From positions 16,678,001 to 16,742,000 of the forward strand of contig OZ076414.1 of NCBI GenBank assembly GCA_964187785.1: a stretch of DNA of 64,000 nucleotides, in the 5' to 3' direction. How positions within the stretch are numbered: the stretch's first letter is position 1; each line of letters starts with the position of its first letter. This DNA comes from Amphiscolops sp. MND2022. Lineage: Eukaryota. Of this stretch, positions 51,391-64,000 are shown piece by piece. The position numbers and the translations under genes are program-made. The notes beneath the pieces are model-generated. The model did not search any database. It was given only the letters and a program-made list of their open reading frames with translations, and was not told the origin of the DNA.

Positions 51391-52999
51391 CTGAAGCGTT
51401 CAATTTTTTGACATTTTTCTTCATCTCCTAACATTGGGTACAGTAGTCACGACAAAACTCTTAAAAACTGTCATGTTTTCCTCGACGTTAATCAATTTTT
51501 CTCAACTTGTTGAACGGAAAAGAGAATGGAATTATTTTTACGACGCGCCTTGTAGCTGCACCAACTCATGCAAAGGGGTCAAAATCTGCAAGTCAGTTTT
51601 GTCATTACATATAGCAATCCAAACTGTTCTTCAACAAAAGATCCGGGGTTGAAACTCTCTTTCAAACAAAAATCTTCTTTTGATTTTTAAAGACATTCCA
51701 GATGAAAAATGAGGTCCACGGACGACTTGTTATATCAATTTAGAAAGAATTTGATCAATTTGAAACCAAATACAGCTTCAAACCTTTTTGAAGAATTGGC
51801 TCGAGCTATTTTAAACACTCAAAAAAATCCCAAAAAAAGCAATGGATATTCAACAGGTGGAGTTTCAACACAGCACTTTCCGAACCATTTGTTCAATTAA
51901 GAGCATTACACTTCGGTTCTGGGGCAACAAAAAGAATATTCAACAGAAAGAAATTTTACAAAAACATATATTTGAGGGAAATTTTTTGAGACAACTGAAA
52001 CGTGCAGTTTCTTTAAGTAGGACGAATGCTCAAAACAAAACATAGGAGTTTCTGTTTGAAAAGTAGAGTTTTTTTTCTATGTTGTAACTATGTTCGCTAT
52101 TTTTGGACTCTACTGAGCTCTCCCTTCAATAACTAGCAAAGTTGCGCTGCGTAAAACCCGTTTTGGTTTGATTGTATCGTAAGCGTTTGGTCTTGTCTTG
52201 GCTTCGCTGTTCCTGTTTTGGTTTAGTAGCTAACCTGCTTCTCTCTTGCTCTCGCAGACTAGGTTGCAGATGGGGAATTATCTTTTCAGCAATTGCAGAT
52301 AGGATTGCAATTTTAGGAGCTAACCGGCTCCCTATATCTCCCAGATTATTTTTAAACAACTTTTTTTAGTTTTTTAGTATTTTATTTCACATAGAAATGA
52401 TCTTATGAAGATTAGCTAGAATTATTCAAGTATTTTAAAAGGACGCTAACAGAGCTGCAAAACTAGGTCTAGATAAAGTTGACAACTTTCTGGTAGAACG
52501 TTTATTGCTGTTGTGTCGGGATTAATAATCAGAAGTGCTTTCCAGGTATAGAATATATGATGAATAAAAATGGTATAAATTGAAACTTAAAGCAGCGCGT
52601 ACGTATAAATCTAGACATTCCGACAAGGGGCCTGGGGATTAAAAAGAAATTATTACATCATAGGTATATCATCCGACCGGGTTTTGAAAAAAAAGTGAGA
52701 AAATTTGAATCATGTACGGGAGTTCGGTTAAAAAATAATCGAGTGTTGTTTTTATGGATTTGCAGAGGTGGATTTGGTTTCAAAGGAAGTAGAGAAAGGT
52801 TTAAATTGTTTTATAGAATTAGAGTTGCAACTATATCTTATTTGTATAAATTTGTGTTGTAACTATATCTTGGTCTTATTATTTCCTTACGTGAGGCAAT
52901 ATGCAATTTCGATTTTGAGACAAGGTAAAAAAGAGGAGGTAGGATTCACTGAAAATTTGGTTAGAGTCAAATTAAGAAGGTGTAAGGACTTAAATAGAC

Positions 53000-55900
53000 T
53001 ATATCTTCAAACATAAAGTTCGAAAATTTTAAATGTTTCGTGTGTTTTTGGATTATGGCAACGTTTTGCTTTATGAGTGTTTATCTTTTTACTTCGAGCG
53101 GCGTTCAAAAAAACATGAACGGAAATGAGTAGTGATGAATAGTGAACGAGTGACCTTAAGTGACCGTTAACAACACAAGAAAGGCTGAGGCGAAAAATAT
53201 GGTAACGCTACCATGTTGACAAACATGAAGCAAGGAACGAACGAAGATTCTTAGTTTTCATTTCATTTTAATCATTTATCTTTGACGTCAATTTTGAGAA
53301 TTTAAATCAGATTAAGCATCTTAGAGCTTCAATGGCAAGTTGACGGCGTGATCAAAGTTCACGAAAGTCGATTTGAATGATTTGAATTCATGGATTGAAG
53401 TATTGTTGTTCATCACAATATTGTACACACTAAGCAGGTAGTTTAAAGATGGGCAACTTTTTATCAGTGACGGAGAAGATTGAAAAGTGTTATTGGAGTA
53501 TAAATCATTGTTAAAGGCAAGTAGATATATACTCTAACTAGGTGAGTTTTAAAAAGTAGGATGTAATTCTTAGAACCGAAGTTTTTGAGTTGTAAAGTTC
53601 AAAATTTATTAGGAGGTGGGTTTAAGAATGGAGTTTTGTTCAAAAAACTGTTCATTACAGGGAGACACTTTTTATTTTAAAAAAGTAGAAAACACCACGT
53701 CAATAAGTACAATAGAACAAGAGTGTGTTCAAAACAGTTTAAAAAAATTTAGAAAGGAACGGTAGAACCGAAAGTACACCATGGTGAAAAGCATCGAAAT
53801 AGTATATTTCAGTGAAATTTCATATTTTGTATAGAAGAAATGGCATTCAATAACCAAATATAAGATAGGATGAAAACCATTAAGGGTACATTAAAGTAGA
53901 AGTGAAAAATACAAATAGAGAGCCATAGTAAGAGAGTGGGGCATTACACTATGAGTACTCTCTAACGACATTTCACAACTGTGTATAGAAAAAAATGATA
54001 CTTTTGTTCAATCAACTTTTTGTCATGAAGTAGCCAAAAAATTCAAAACAATAGGCGAATTTGGCGGTCGGGGTGTACGTGCTTCACTTCTAATGGGGAT
54101 TAGCACAGGAGAATTGGCAGTTGAGGAAATGTTGTATCAGTTTGGCAAAGATGGGAATGGATATATGAACATATCTTTGGGAAAGGCGGGTAATGTTTTG
54201 CGCAATTATTGTATGTATGGAGGATATTCAAATAGTAAAGGGATGATAAAAGGGCTGCGTATAATAGAGGGAATCTTATTTACTTTACGGTGAGGGGAGA
54301 GTTATTAAATGAGTTGCGATTTGGTTCAGAGTGTTTGCAATTGTATTTGATTCATTGAATTGTTTAGAAATCAGTTTTTCTAAGTAAGGTTTGTATTGTT
54401 GAAGTGCTTCGTTAAAGTTTGCGAGATTCTGTTCTTACGCAACAGAATGAACATATCTCTTCAGGGCGGAGCCTGCTCCACTTGGGGCAGTTATGGGCGT
54501 TTTGGATGACAGGGTTTGCCAGTTTGAAATTGCTAGGTCAACCGTCTAACAGTGGGGCATTGTTGAAGAATGGAGTTTGTGGTAAAAGCATCTGTTGGGA
54601 GAGCAGGATGCAGGCCTCAGGTGACGATATTCGAGAGGTGTCGAAAGAAGAGGTGGGCGGCAAAGTAAAAGCGGACGAAGCTGCAACAAGAGTGGAAAAT
54701 GAAGAACATGGCGGCTTTGATGTTGATTAAGCTATCATCTGATTGACGAGAGAGTAAGCCGTCTTGGAGTCACGATAATCATTTGAAAGAAAAACTGACT
54801 TGATGAGATGAGGAATGGTCGTTAAGATGTTCAACAGTGATTACTAAAACACAATTAAACGCTGAATTTTTGTATTTTGTCAATAGTGTTGTCAAGTGAT
54901 TCTGTTTGATTTTGTGATGGAGTTTGAAAGAAGCAGCGAAACAAATGCAATATTGAGAAAGCTGGAGGAAGATGCTTCAAGAGTGGTGATTGAAAAGAAG
55001 GCAAAAAGAGGCAGTATTGCTTCAAGAGAAGTAGCGGAAAGAATGGAATATCGGAGTTCCGCGACGAAGAATGATTTTGGAAATCAATTTGTCACAGGTG
55101 TTGTAATTGAAGTTTTGTATGTATTTGTATTTGTATTCGTACGGTGTTTTGTTTATATATATATTCAGCGCCAAGTAGCAAGAGTTAGATGGAAACAACA
55201 TTTTTGGGCTGCAAAAAGAATGACTTATTCTGAATTGCAGAAGATTTAAATGATTAAAGCTCAATATGTGGTCGGAATCATCCTTGTATTTAAGTCGTAA
55301 AACCGTTGTGTTAGTGAGATCATCTTTTTGGATATTGTGATGACGTGAACGCTCTTGTATTTCACACAAGTGCAGAGCAAGTAGACTCAGAGAAGTTAAA
55401 AGTGAAATGAAACAAGGTATATTAGGGGAATGGGAAACGGTTTTTTTATGAAAAGACCTGTTTGTTTTTTCGAGAAAGGACAAGGTTATTGGAACTTTGA
55501 GACTTCTTGAAATGTTATTGAGTGATGTCTTTTCTAAGGAAAGGGATACAAATAAGGATGCAATTGATGAGCAAAGAAGATTGTAAGACTTGTTAATTGA
55601 GGTAATGGTGAATGACGAGAAGAGAGATTTTTATGGAAATTAGAATGCAAATTATGATTAGGAGAAGGTAGTGAATGTGGGTGAGGTAGAGGTCTTTTAG
55701 AAGTAGATCTTATAGGTACGGATCTTTGCATGGTGTTCTTATTTTTAAGATTCAATATTTGAGTTTTTAAACTAGGTTTATCATTGGTATTTTGTTCATT
55801 TTTGGTAGGTGATGTAATAATTATAGATTTAGAATGAGGAGGTGGAGGTGAGTCGGAATCATTCTCATCATTATTAGAATCAAAATAAGAAGGATTTGTC

Positions 55901-58900
55901 ATAGCTGTCTTCTTGGTTTTTAATGCAGATTGTTTAAAATAGAACTGCAAGTGATTTGTTTTTTAAGAAGTCTTTTAATAGTGAATGAACGGTATGAACT
56001 AAAGAAGGCATTGAAAGCGACTTCTAAAAAGAATATACTGGAGAAAAAATTCACTTTGAGTTAGCATGTAACAAGGATAACCAAAGAGTTTAATGAAAGC
56101 ATCGGTGACCCAATCATGGGTGAAGAAAGGAGTTATGTTTAAAATATAGTCATGAAGGCCAAATCGGAGAGATTTGTATGGATTATCAGGAAGGAATTCC
56201 GATAACTTTTTACTCATGAATGCAAAAGCTTGGCTCTACCAAGGCGTTGAAGTTTATTATCAGAATGTTTTGTGAAGAGAACACAATTCCAAAGATGTTC
56301 GATTTCTTTTTGAGAAAAGACACTTGCATCTTGAGCACTGAAGGTGTTAGGGTTGATAGCAGTTTGAAATTGAGAAGGTCGAAACCGTTGAAGAGGGTCC
56401 TTTTTGATAGGATGTTGAGATAAAACATAGTACTGATTGGTATCAGGATCGAGAGCAAAACCATTTTAAGACTTTTTTTCGCAAGGTATTTGATCAACAT
56501 ATGCAAAGGTTTGACTATTGATAGTATAAACATACAGAATAGTTCGAACATAGTTTGCAGGAACTGGTTCTAGCATAAAGGATAAAGGTGGCGTGGGCAA
56601 CCATAAAAACAGGCGGTTGAGCCTCCAACATAGAAAAAAGTTACTACGATTTTGTTTGAGGAGAAAACCACCTAACTCTAGGTTTTTAACAGACGTTGCA
56701 AGATTAGTTATTTTCATAAATAATGTGGAGAGTGGTATGTTCAGCAACTCACATGGATTTGAAAATATGATCAATGGGGTAAACAATTTTAGTATTAACA
56801 CGGGCTTCATAGTCAATAGTAGCAAAATTTTTGGTGGAGTTCTGAACTAGTTATTTTGAGTCGGAACTAGTTTACCGGAGATAAGTTGAGTAGAGAGTCG
56901 GTCAAATTGTTCACCTTCAGGTAATTGAAAAGGATTACGTTGACTAGTGCGCATTGCAATTCAAAACCTTCTTTATGTGATAAAGAGATCAGGGTCTTGA
57001 GTAGTAAATAAAGGTGTAGGATTTTTACAAACAAGTTACTTTCAGGGATAATGTCAAAACAAGAAAGACAAGTTAGAGATTCAGAGAAGTGATTTGGTGG
57101 TTCATGAGGAACATTAAAGTTAGTGTTATCAAAGAAGCGTTTTGTTTCGAGCCAATAACGAATTTTGAGTTTAGACAAAGGTACAATAAAAGTTGGTGTG
57201 AAAAAAAACTGAGGCCTTCTGGAAACCAAACAATCCTGAAGGTGTTAGAATAGTTGGTTTACAGTAACCATCATCGTGAAAGCAAGGCGAAGTATGTCCA
57301 TAAAATATTAGTTTGTTGTCTTCATCATCATATGTGAATTTGACTTTTTTGAGTGAGGTCCAACTGTCTTCTTCAATTATAAATTTGCTGCGGTCCCAAC
57401 AGACAACCTTTTATTTTAGATTCGAATTTAAAACAAGTTGAGATTTTGTAATCCAGGCAAAAGCACCATGATGATTGGTGTTAAGTTTAATTGCACGGAA
57501 AGAAAGTTGTTCAGTTTCAAGGCGGCAGTGTTTTTGAAAACCATCGAAAAAAGTGAAAGAACTACTATAAGGCTTTAGGAGGTTTAGCTTTAACACGGAC
57601 AAAGATAAGAGCCATAGCAAGAAGGCTTGCTAAAGAAGAGGGGACATGAGCACACGCAGCAAGAGAAAAATGCAATAGTACAGGTGTTTGGAGAGTGGTG
57701 TTGAAATTTAGAAGTGTATTTTAATTGTGAGAGTGATGAGAAATGTTATAGCACCGTGGAGAAGGCAAAACGAATGGTGATGGCTCACAAAAAGAATGAA
57801 ATTAGTGGCAATAAAAAGATATGGTAGAGATTTAAACTTGACAGTTGTATGGGAAGGAATTGGATGTGGGCCTAAGTTGTGACAAGCGGCAAATATGTCG
57901 AATTCAAGTTGAAGGTTTGTAGTATCCAAACGGTGAAATTCTAAACGACGAAGTTTGGCTGAGATTTCAGTATTAAAAGTCAGTTTATGAGTGGCTAGAT
58001 ATAGGAATCTAGGGTCTTGGCGAGAATGAATCGTAGACACTCAACGGATAATCGATGAGGTGTAGGAGGAATTGAGTTTTGATCGATGGTAAGGTTATTA
58101 TTTAGAAAGTGGCTATCAAAATATACAAAACTAGGATTTCGAGAAGGTACTTTTCGAGAAAAAGATGTCCTGTAGCGTTAAAGGAAGAAATTGAAGAACG
58201 TTGTGTAAAAAGCAGCATCTAATCCAGAGGTTTGGGTATTTTTTTGGGACGAGAAAGTGTCAGATGAGAATGATTGAGCGTGATGTCCTAATAAAGAAGA
58301 GATAGTACTGACTAAAGAAGATGAAGTGTATCTTCGTTGTAAAGAATGTCAATTGGTAGTTTCAGATGAGGTATCTATAAGATTACATAATGAAGAGGTT
58401 TGCGAAAAGTTTATGGTGTCTGTGGAAACAGAAGAGGAGCTAGACGAGTCAGTGTCTGTTGTAGATCTACATGATATAGTAACAGGAAGTTCCAGGCCAT
58501 AGTAACAGGAAGACCATGATATTGGTTTAAGATATGGGAATTTAAGAAGTAGGGATCAGAGTACACCTTGTATCCGTATGACTAAGGTACAGTAGTTATC
58601 TATCAGTATACATATGAAGAATGCACTAGTTCCAATACCCAACTGAGCAGTCAGAAGTCCACGTCGAAATGATAGTAAAGGAGTCATAGAACTGTCGAAT
58701 AATTGAATTTGGACTTATGAAGTCTGGACATTTGAATCAGATGTCTAACCAGTCAACTAAAGTCTAGAGTTCTATTACAATTGAATGGTGAATGTTAAAC
58801 TACGATGAAAAACTACTATTGAGTTGAGAATCAATATAAACTTTTGGTGGAACCGTACACAAAAATTAAAATATGAGTGAGGATCTGTAAGAAAAACAAG

Positions 58901-61900
58901 CGTTTGATTATCAGGCGAAATTTCAAATGTGAGAGAATCAGCAACGCGTGAAAAGGAAGGAGGTTTAGAGTGTTCACAAGGTAATGTGGTAAAAGAGGAA
59001 GAATGATATATAGGATTCTGGAGCCTTTCATAATCCGAATCATTTGAGTCAAAAATAGTATCTAAGGAGTCATTGCTAATATCAGAAACAGGGAAGTTCT
59101 GATTACCAGAAGGTGAGTGTAAAACGTTTTGATATTGTGTAATAGTCCTACTTGAAGTGTCTGGGTTGAAAGGTTCAAGCGGGTTATCTTGATTAGAATG
59201 GATTGGTTTAGAAAAGTAGGAGTGGTTTGATCTTGATAAGAATCAGTATAAGGGTTGTTAGGAAGTGACGGAGTGAAATGATATTGGAGGATATATGGAT
59301 AAATAGCAGATTCTTTGAGGTAAAAGGGTAAAATATGATTACAGTGGGTGTGAAATGTAAAAATATCTTGGGCCATACGTTCTTAGGTGACAACCGAGAG
59401 TTGTTGAACTTTTCTATATGGACCAATACAGAGAGGTTTGAGTATATTAGAGGAGTTGACATGTTTAAATTTTGTGTGAACAACAAAATGACTGAGAGTA
59501 AGTGGTTTCTCTGTGAGTAGTTTCAAAGGTGGAGGTTTGAGAATTTAATCTGTTGGTTATTTGACAATGGACAGTAGAGTATATCTCTAACATAGTGTAT
59601 CTCGCTATATTGTGTATGGAGTGGGAGAGATTCAAAATCAGTGGCAATACAATGTTTGGAAGAATAACGTAAAAAACTGAGAGAAAAAGTTATGGGAGTA
59701 CTTCGGTGTGTATGGAAAACAATTTGATAGAAAACAACATTTGATAGCATGCAAATTTGATGGAAAACAATTTGGAGAAAATTTAGGTTGCGAAAGTGCA
59801 GTTGTGTTTTGAGCATAAGCAAACATTTGAGTTTGATATGACCAGTTAGGAGGAGGATTTTGCAAAGATAATCTCAAGTTCCAAGGTTACGATTTTGAAC
59901 TTCGACTAAAATATTTGTCAATGGGAATATGGAGTACGTAGGGTGTGAATAATATTGAAAAGAGAGCAAAGTTGATCCATATCATGATTATGTATTCTGC
60001 AACTCGATCAGTTACTAAATTGTGAAGGGGGCCAAATTGTGCAATTCAATAATGAAGGAAAATTTGGACGAGATTTGAGGAGTTAGGTTTGTAACAACAA
60101 TATGACTAAAGGCGACAATGATGACAAAATTATATGAATTATTTTGCGAAGAAGACGAGATCGGGTTTTTTGTGTCCATTGAATTTCTATAATTCAAACC
60201 TGAAGCGTTCTCATCAAATGTTGATGGAAGAGAAGTTTTTTGAGGTTTAAGAGGACAAAGTTTACTGAAAGATTTAAACGAAAGTTTTTTCACCGGAATG
60301 ACCATGTGTTTGAGTTTTGTCAAATGCAGCATTGAAAAGTTTGAATGGAAAACAAATGCGATTTTGATTAATTGAAGGTTGCGATGTGGCTCTTCCAGTA
60401 TTCTAGAACATGATGTGAATTATTGGAATGAACTTGAATTTGGTTCTATGTACAAATGTTGGAATTGTTTGTAATAGGTATATGAGAAAGAGTTAACTTC
60501 AATAATTGGAGTTAGTTTGAAATGCTTTCGATTTTGTTTCCCTCATGTATAAACAGTGGACAGAACAGGGTCAACGTTTTGAGTATGTAGGAGAATGGGT
60601 TCCGTCAAGACGCCATTGAGTAGATGTGGATTTAATATGAATTTGATATATAGCAGTAATCATAGGAGGTGTGTCAGGAATTGGTACAAAAGATTTTGTC
60701 ATCTTTGTTATTATGTCATCAGAAAAAAAAGAATCATGAAAAGTTTGTTTGTCATTTTCAAAAAGGACAATTTTAATCGTAGGTGGAGTTTGAGGTTGGT
60801 TGAGGTTTTGGTGTGGAAGAAAATTTGTAACGGGGTCATCGTCTTCATATAAGTCAGGTTCATTTAAGCGTGGAATTTGTTGAAGTAATGTTCTGACTTT
60901 ATGTTGAATTGAACTTTTATAATGATATGAAAACGAAGACCATAGTCAACGAAAATTGGATGAGAATAAAATTTTTGTGTAGACAGAACAACTTAATTTT
61001 TAACCGGGAATGAATTTTTTTAAAGAGTTATTTTGTTTAAGTTCGAGAAATTCTTTTTGTGGTGGTAGTGTTTTGTGTTGTAATTGACACATTTTGTTTG
61101 TTATAGATGAAACATCTCAACTAAGCGTATCAGCAACAGCGAGATTAGTACCTGCAGAGTGGATGATACGAATTTTTGAGACGTTGGTTGAAAACATTTG
61201 AGCTTTGTATTTTCGGGGGTGAATCTCGTCAACGGTCATTCAAAAATGATTAGTGTTAGAAATTGCGAGATCAGCGTCTTCTGAGAGAGGTTTTTCCTTG
61301 AATTTCCGTAAACGTTTGTCTAACTCAGGAGTCCATTGAAAAAAGATGTTTATTAGAATCCGATTTCATGACTAAGAAATCATGACCAGAAACGACGAAG
61401 TAACAGTGAGAAAGATATAAAAGTTATTTTCAGTTCCAAATTTAAAATCATTGGAACTACAATCTTGATGTAATTGCTCAATGAGTTCTAGCATATGATT
61501 TTCAGTGTGGGATCGTCAAAATAAACAAGTTCAAAATCTTGATCAAAGATCTTTTGGGAAAAGAAGTACATTTGTGTGATGAGAAAGCTTGGAAGAGTTA
61601 GGTTTGAAATACATTTTATTTTTACTTTAATTGTGTGAATATATTCAATTTATAGTATAGAGTAGACGACGAAAGAGCTTGAGAAAGTGGAGGTATGGCA
61701 GAATGAGGTTGTTTTGTTTTGGTGAATGAGGTTTGGGAAAAAGTAGTAAATTTGTTTGGTGAGAAAACTTGGAAGTCTTTTAGGACCATAAAAACTGCGA
61801 ACAAATGCGTAAAGTTTATCTCCAGAGGAAATATTTGTGAGGGTAATAGTTTCTTCGAGCATGTTCATACGCAACTTCAAGTCGAACGCCATTTTAAACT

Positions 61901-64000
61901 TTTGTTAGTTTTTGCTGTTTGGCGAGCTAGAGGTTCATTGCGTCACGCTTCAAAAGGTTGATAAGTCTTAAAGTTCGGGTGTATTGCGTCCAGGACGACT
62001 TTAATAGTATATACTTTAGAGATGATGAGTGGATTTAAGAAGGTAGTTCCGTAAATAGATTTATCTGAACGGGTGGAACCAATTTGCCTGAGGAGTTTAT
62101 GATGTTTTAGTTCATCAAGCAATTATTTGAGTTTGTCTCTATGGTAAATAGAACTTTTAGTGGGTCTTTGATTTTGGATGTTAGCGTTGGGTTTGAGGGG
62201 TATTCTAAACAGTGTAGCGGTTTCTCCAACATCGTTAGAATGAGTTGCATAACAATGATGATTTTTAACTAAATTAGAACAAAACTGTGAATTTGTCATC
62301 TGTGACTTCAGACTAAAGAATATATTGAGCAATTGTTGAATTGCTGGTGAACACGGTGAAGAAGAAAGAGGTCTATTGATAAATTGAGAAGGTTGTCTAT
62401 CATTAATTTATATTTTTGTTTTTCGGAGTCAGCAACGACGGACAGGAGGTTTGGGTTCCGATAAATCTGGAGAATTTGATTGAAATATAGTGTGGAAAAG
62501 GGAGTTAACAATATTAACTTTATAATATAGTGGTTCAAAATTAGTAGCAGGAACTTCGATATAGCCAATATATCATACTGAGAAAAATCCAGAGTGATGC
62601 GTAAGTTTTTGAATTATACCAGCAACAGTTAGGTTCAGGTTTGGTTATTTGATAAACTTGAAGAACACTAAAATAGAGTGAAAACGTGTGTTAAAACATA
62701 GATGATTTGAAGGAAATATAATTTCTTCGATTCCAGAAAATTGAAAAGTTAAAGGAACAGTTTGTTAAATTGGAAAAAGCTTGAGGAGCATTAGGTTTGA
62801 ACTTTATTTTATGTTTTACTTTAACTTTTTTTAATATATATAATTGTTCTATTGGTGTATTATTGTATTATTATGTTATATATTGTTTTTATTTGTATTA
62901 TACAATGTATTACCCTGAGATTCATATAGTTTCCAAAAAAAGTGTACCAAAAAATCGTAGTAAAATTTGATACGCAAATGGAATTAGAAGAGTGTTAGTA
63001 CTTCCATGGATAGAAGTATGTAATGTAAAAATTGCATTAAAGAGTATAGGAACTTCACCTTTGTTGGCAACTGTTAAGGTTTCAAGTCAGTACTTGAAGG
63101 AGTGGTTTTTGAACATTCAAGAAAGTGATCGGCTAAAATAGAGAATATGAGTAACTTGGAGAACACAAAAGGAGACACCACTCCCAATTTTATTAAAAGT
63201 TCTAATTTAAAAAGTAGAGAGGAATTGTCAGGACGTTTAAAAGTATATTGGCTGACAAACCAGGTGGAAGGATTTATAGCGTTAGCATGATTGTCGAAGG
63301 AAGTAGAATGTTTCATTCCAGGAGAACGAATTGGATGATACATGTAGATTTCAAAGTAAGGTTCAGAGGAGGACTGGTTGAGACGGGATGAAGTGGGTTG
63401 TTGAGTGAATTTGATAGTCGGCTCGTGGGAGTGAATGTGAGAATTTGAGTGTGGTTGACTTCATATACGATCAGTATGTGATTTAGAGGGTAATCGAAAT
63501 GATGATTTTAGCGTCTAAAAGAGTATTATTGTAACTGGAGGAGCGTTCGCGATAACGAGATTGAGTTCAATAAGGACTACGAGAAATTTCAGGTTCATTA
63601 AACGGGCGTGAAGTGTAATATTTACGTGAAGGAGACTTTTTATAGTATTGATCATAACGAGATCGATTACAATCTCAGATTGAAGAATGATAATGAGGTG
63701 ATTGTTGAAATATCTTGAGCGAGAGATAGAGCGAGAATAAGAACGGGATGTGTATCGAGATTCTCGAAAAGGCATTTCATGGGTTACTTTTACTTCGACT
63801 ACGATAACGAGGAGTATAATTGTTAGGTCTTTTATTTGGAGATTTGAAACGTTGATGAAAAGAAGGAGTAGGTCATTTTGGTTGAGATTCTTCGCGCTTG
63901 ATGAGTCTACGATAACAGGTAGATACAGTGTGAATATTTTCTTGACAAAAAGGGCAAAAATTTTTATTTTGAGGTTTGGATTTGTTGTTATGATCTACTG
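53000..64000 (-). mobile_element. Decayed Gypsy D (gag tail, protease, RT, RH, IN, long 3' region); continues beyond the window, left boundary approximate
   Basis: RS-rich gag tail (~63500-63800). RT LVYFDD near 61514-61530. Integrase MDTKNPI...VIIVAFSH (~60180). Same strong C/T-rich sense-strand bias as Gypsy B. Confidence 0.8.

Noticed and set aside
62760-62905. AT-rich interruption in the Gypsy D protease region read as an intron
   Set aside because: A GT is present on minus but there is no clear acceptor or frame restoration, and a sense intron would be lost on retrotransposition; likely a small insertion.

Overview
AT-rich eukaryotic (animal-like) genomic DNA, mostly decayed LTR retrotransposons; no prokaryotic features. 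From memory the repeat families resemble those of acoel worms (Symsagittifera-like), which is unverified. (1) Two paralogous multi-exon host genes converge tail-to-tail. On +, exons lie at 1-201, 2368-2646, 3577-3828, 3996-4064 and 4087-4184. On -, exons lie at 51390-51106, 46553-46281, 9219-8897 and 8575-8460. They encode roughly 95-108 aa Cys-containing modules on symmetric phase-1 exons plus a hydrophobic C-terminal tail. (2) A 37-kb intron of the minus gene holds a 30-kb nested complex. The outer Ty3/Gypsy element (10195-40335) has both LTRs, a near-perfect TSD and a large antisense, apparently intron-containing zinc-finger/hAT-like gene. Inside it are a second Gypsy with an env-like glycoprotein remnant, an RT-less BEL/Pao element and a 2060-bp tandem duplication. 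(3) Several ~1.5-1.65 kb LTRs encode the first ~200 codons of gag inside the LTR. (4) Further Gypsy remnants lie at 41.5-43.3 kb and 53-64 kb. All coordinates and alignments were read by eye.
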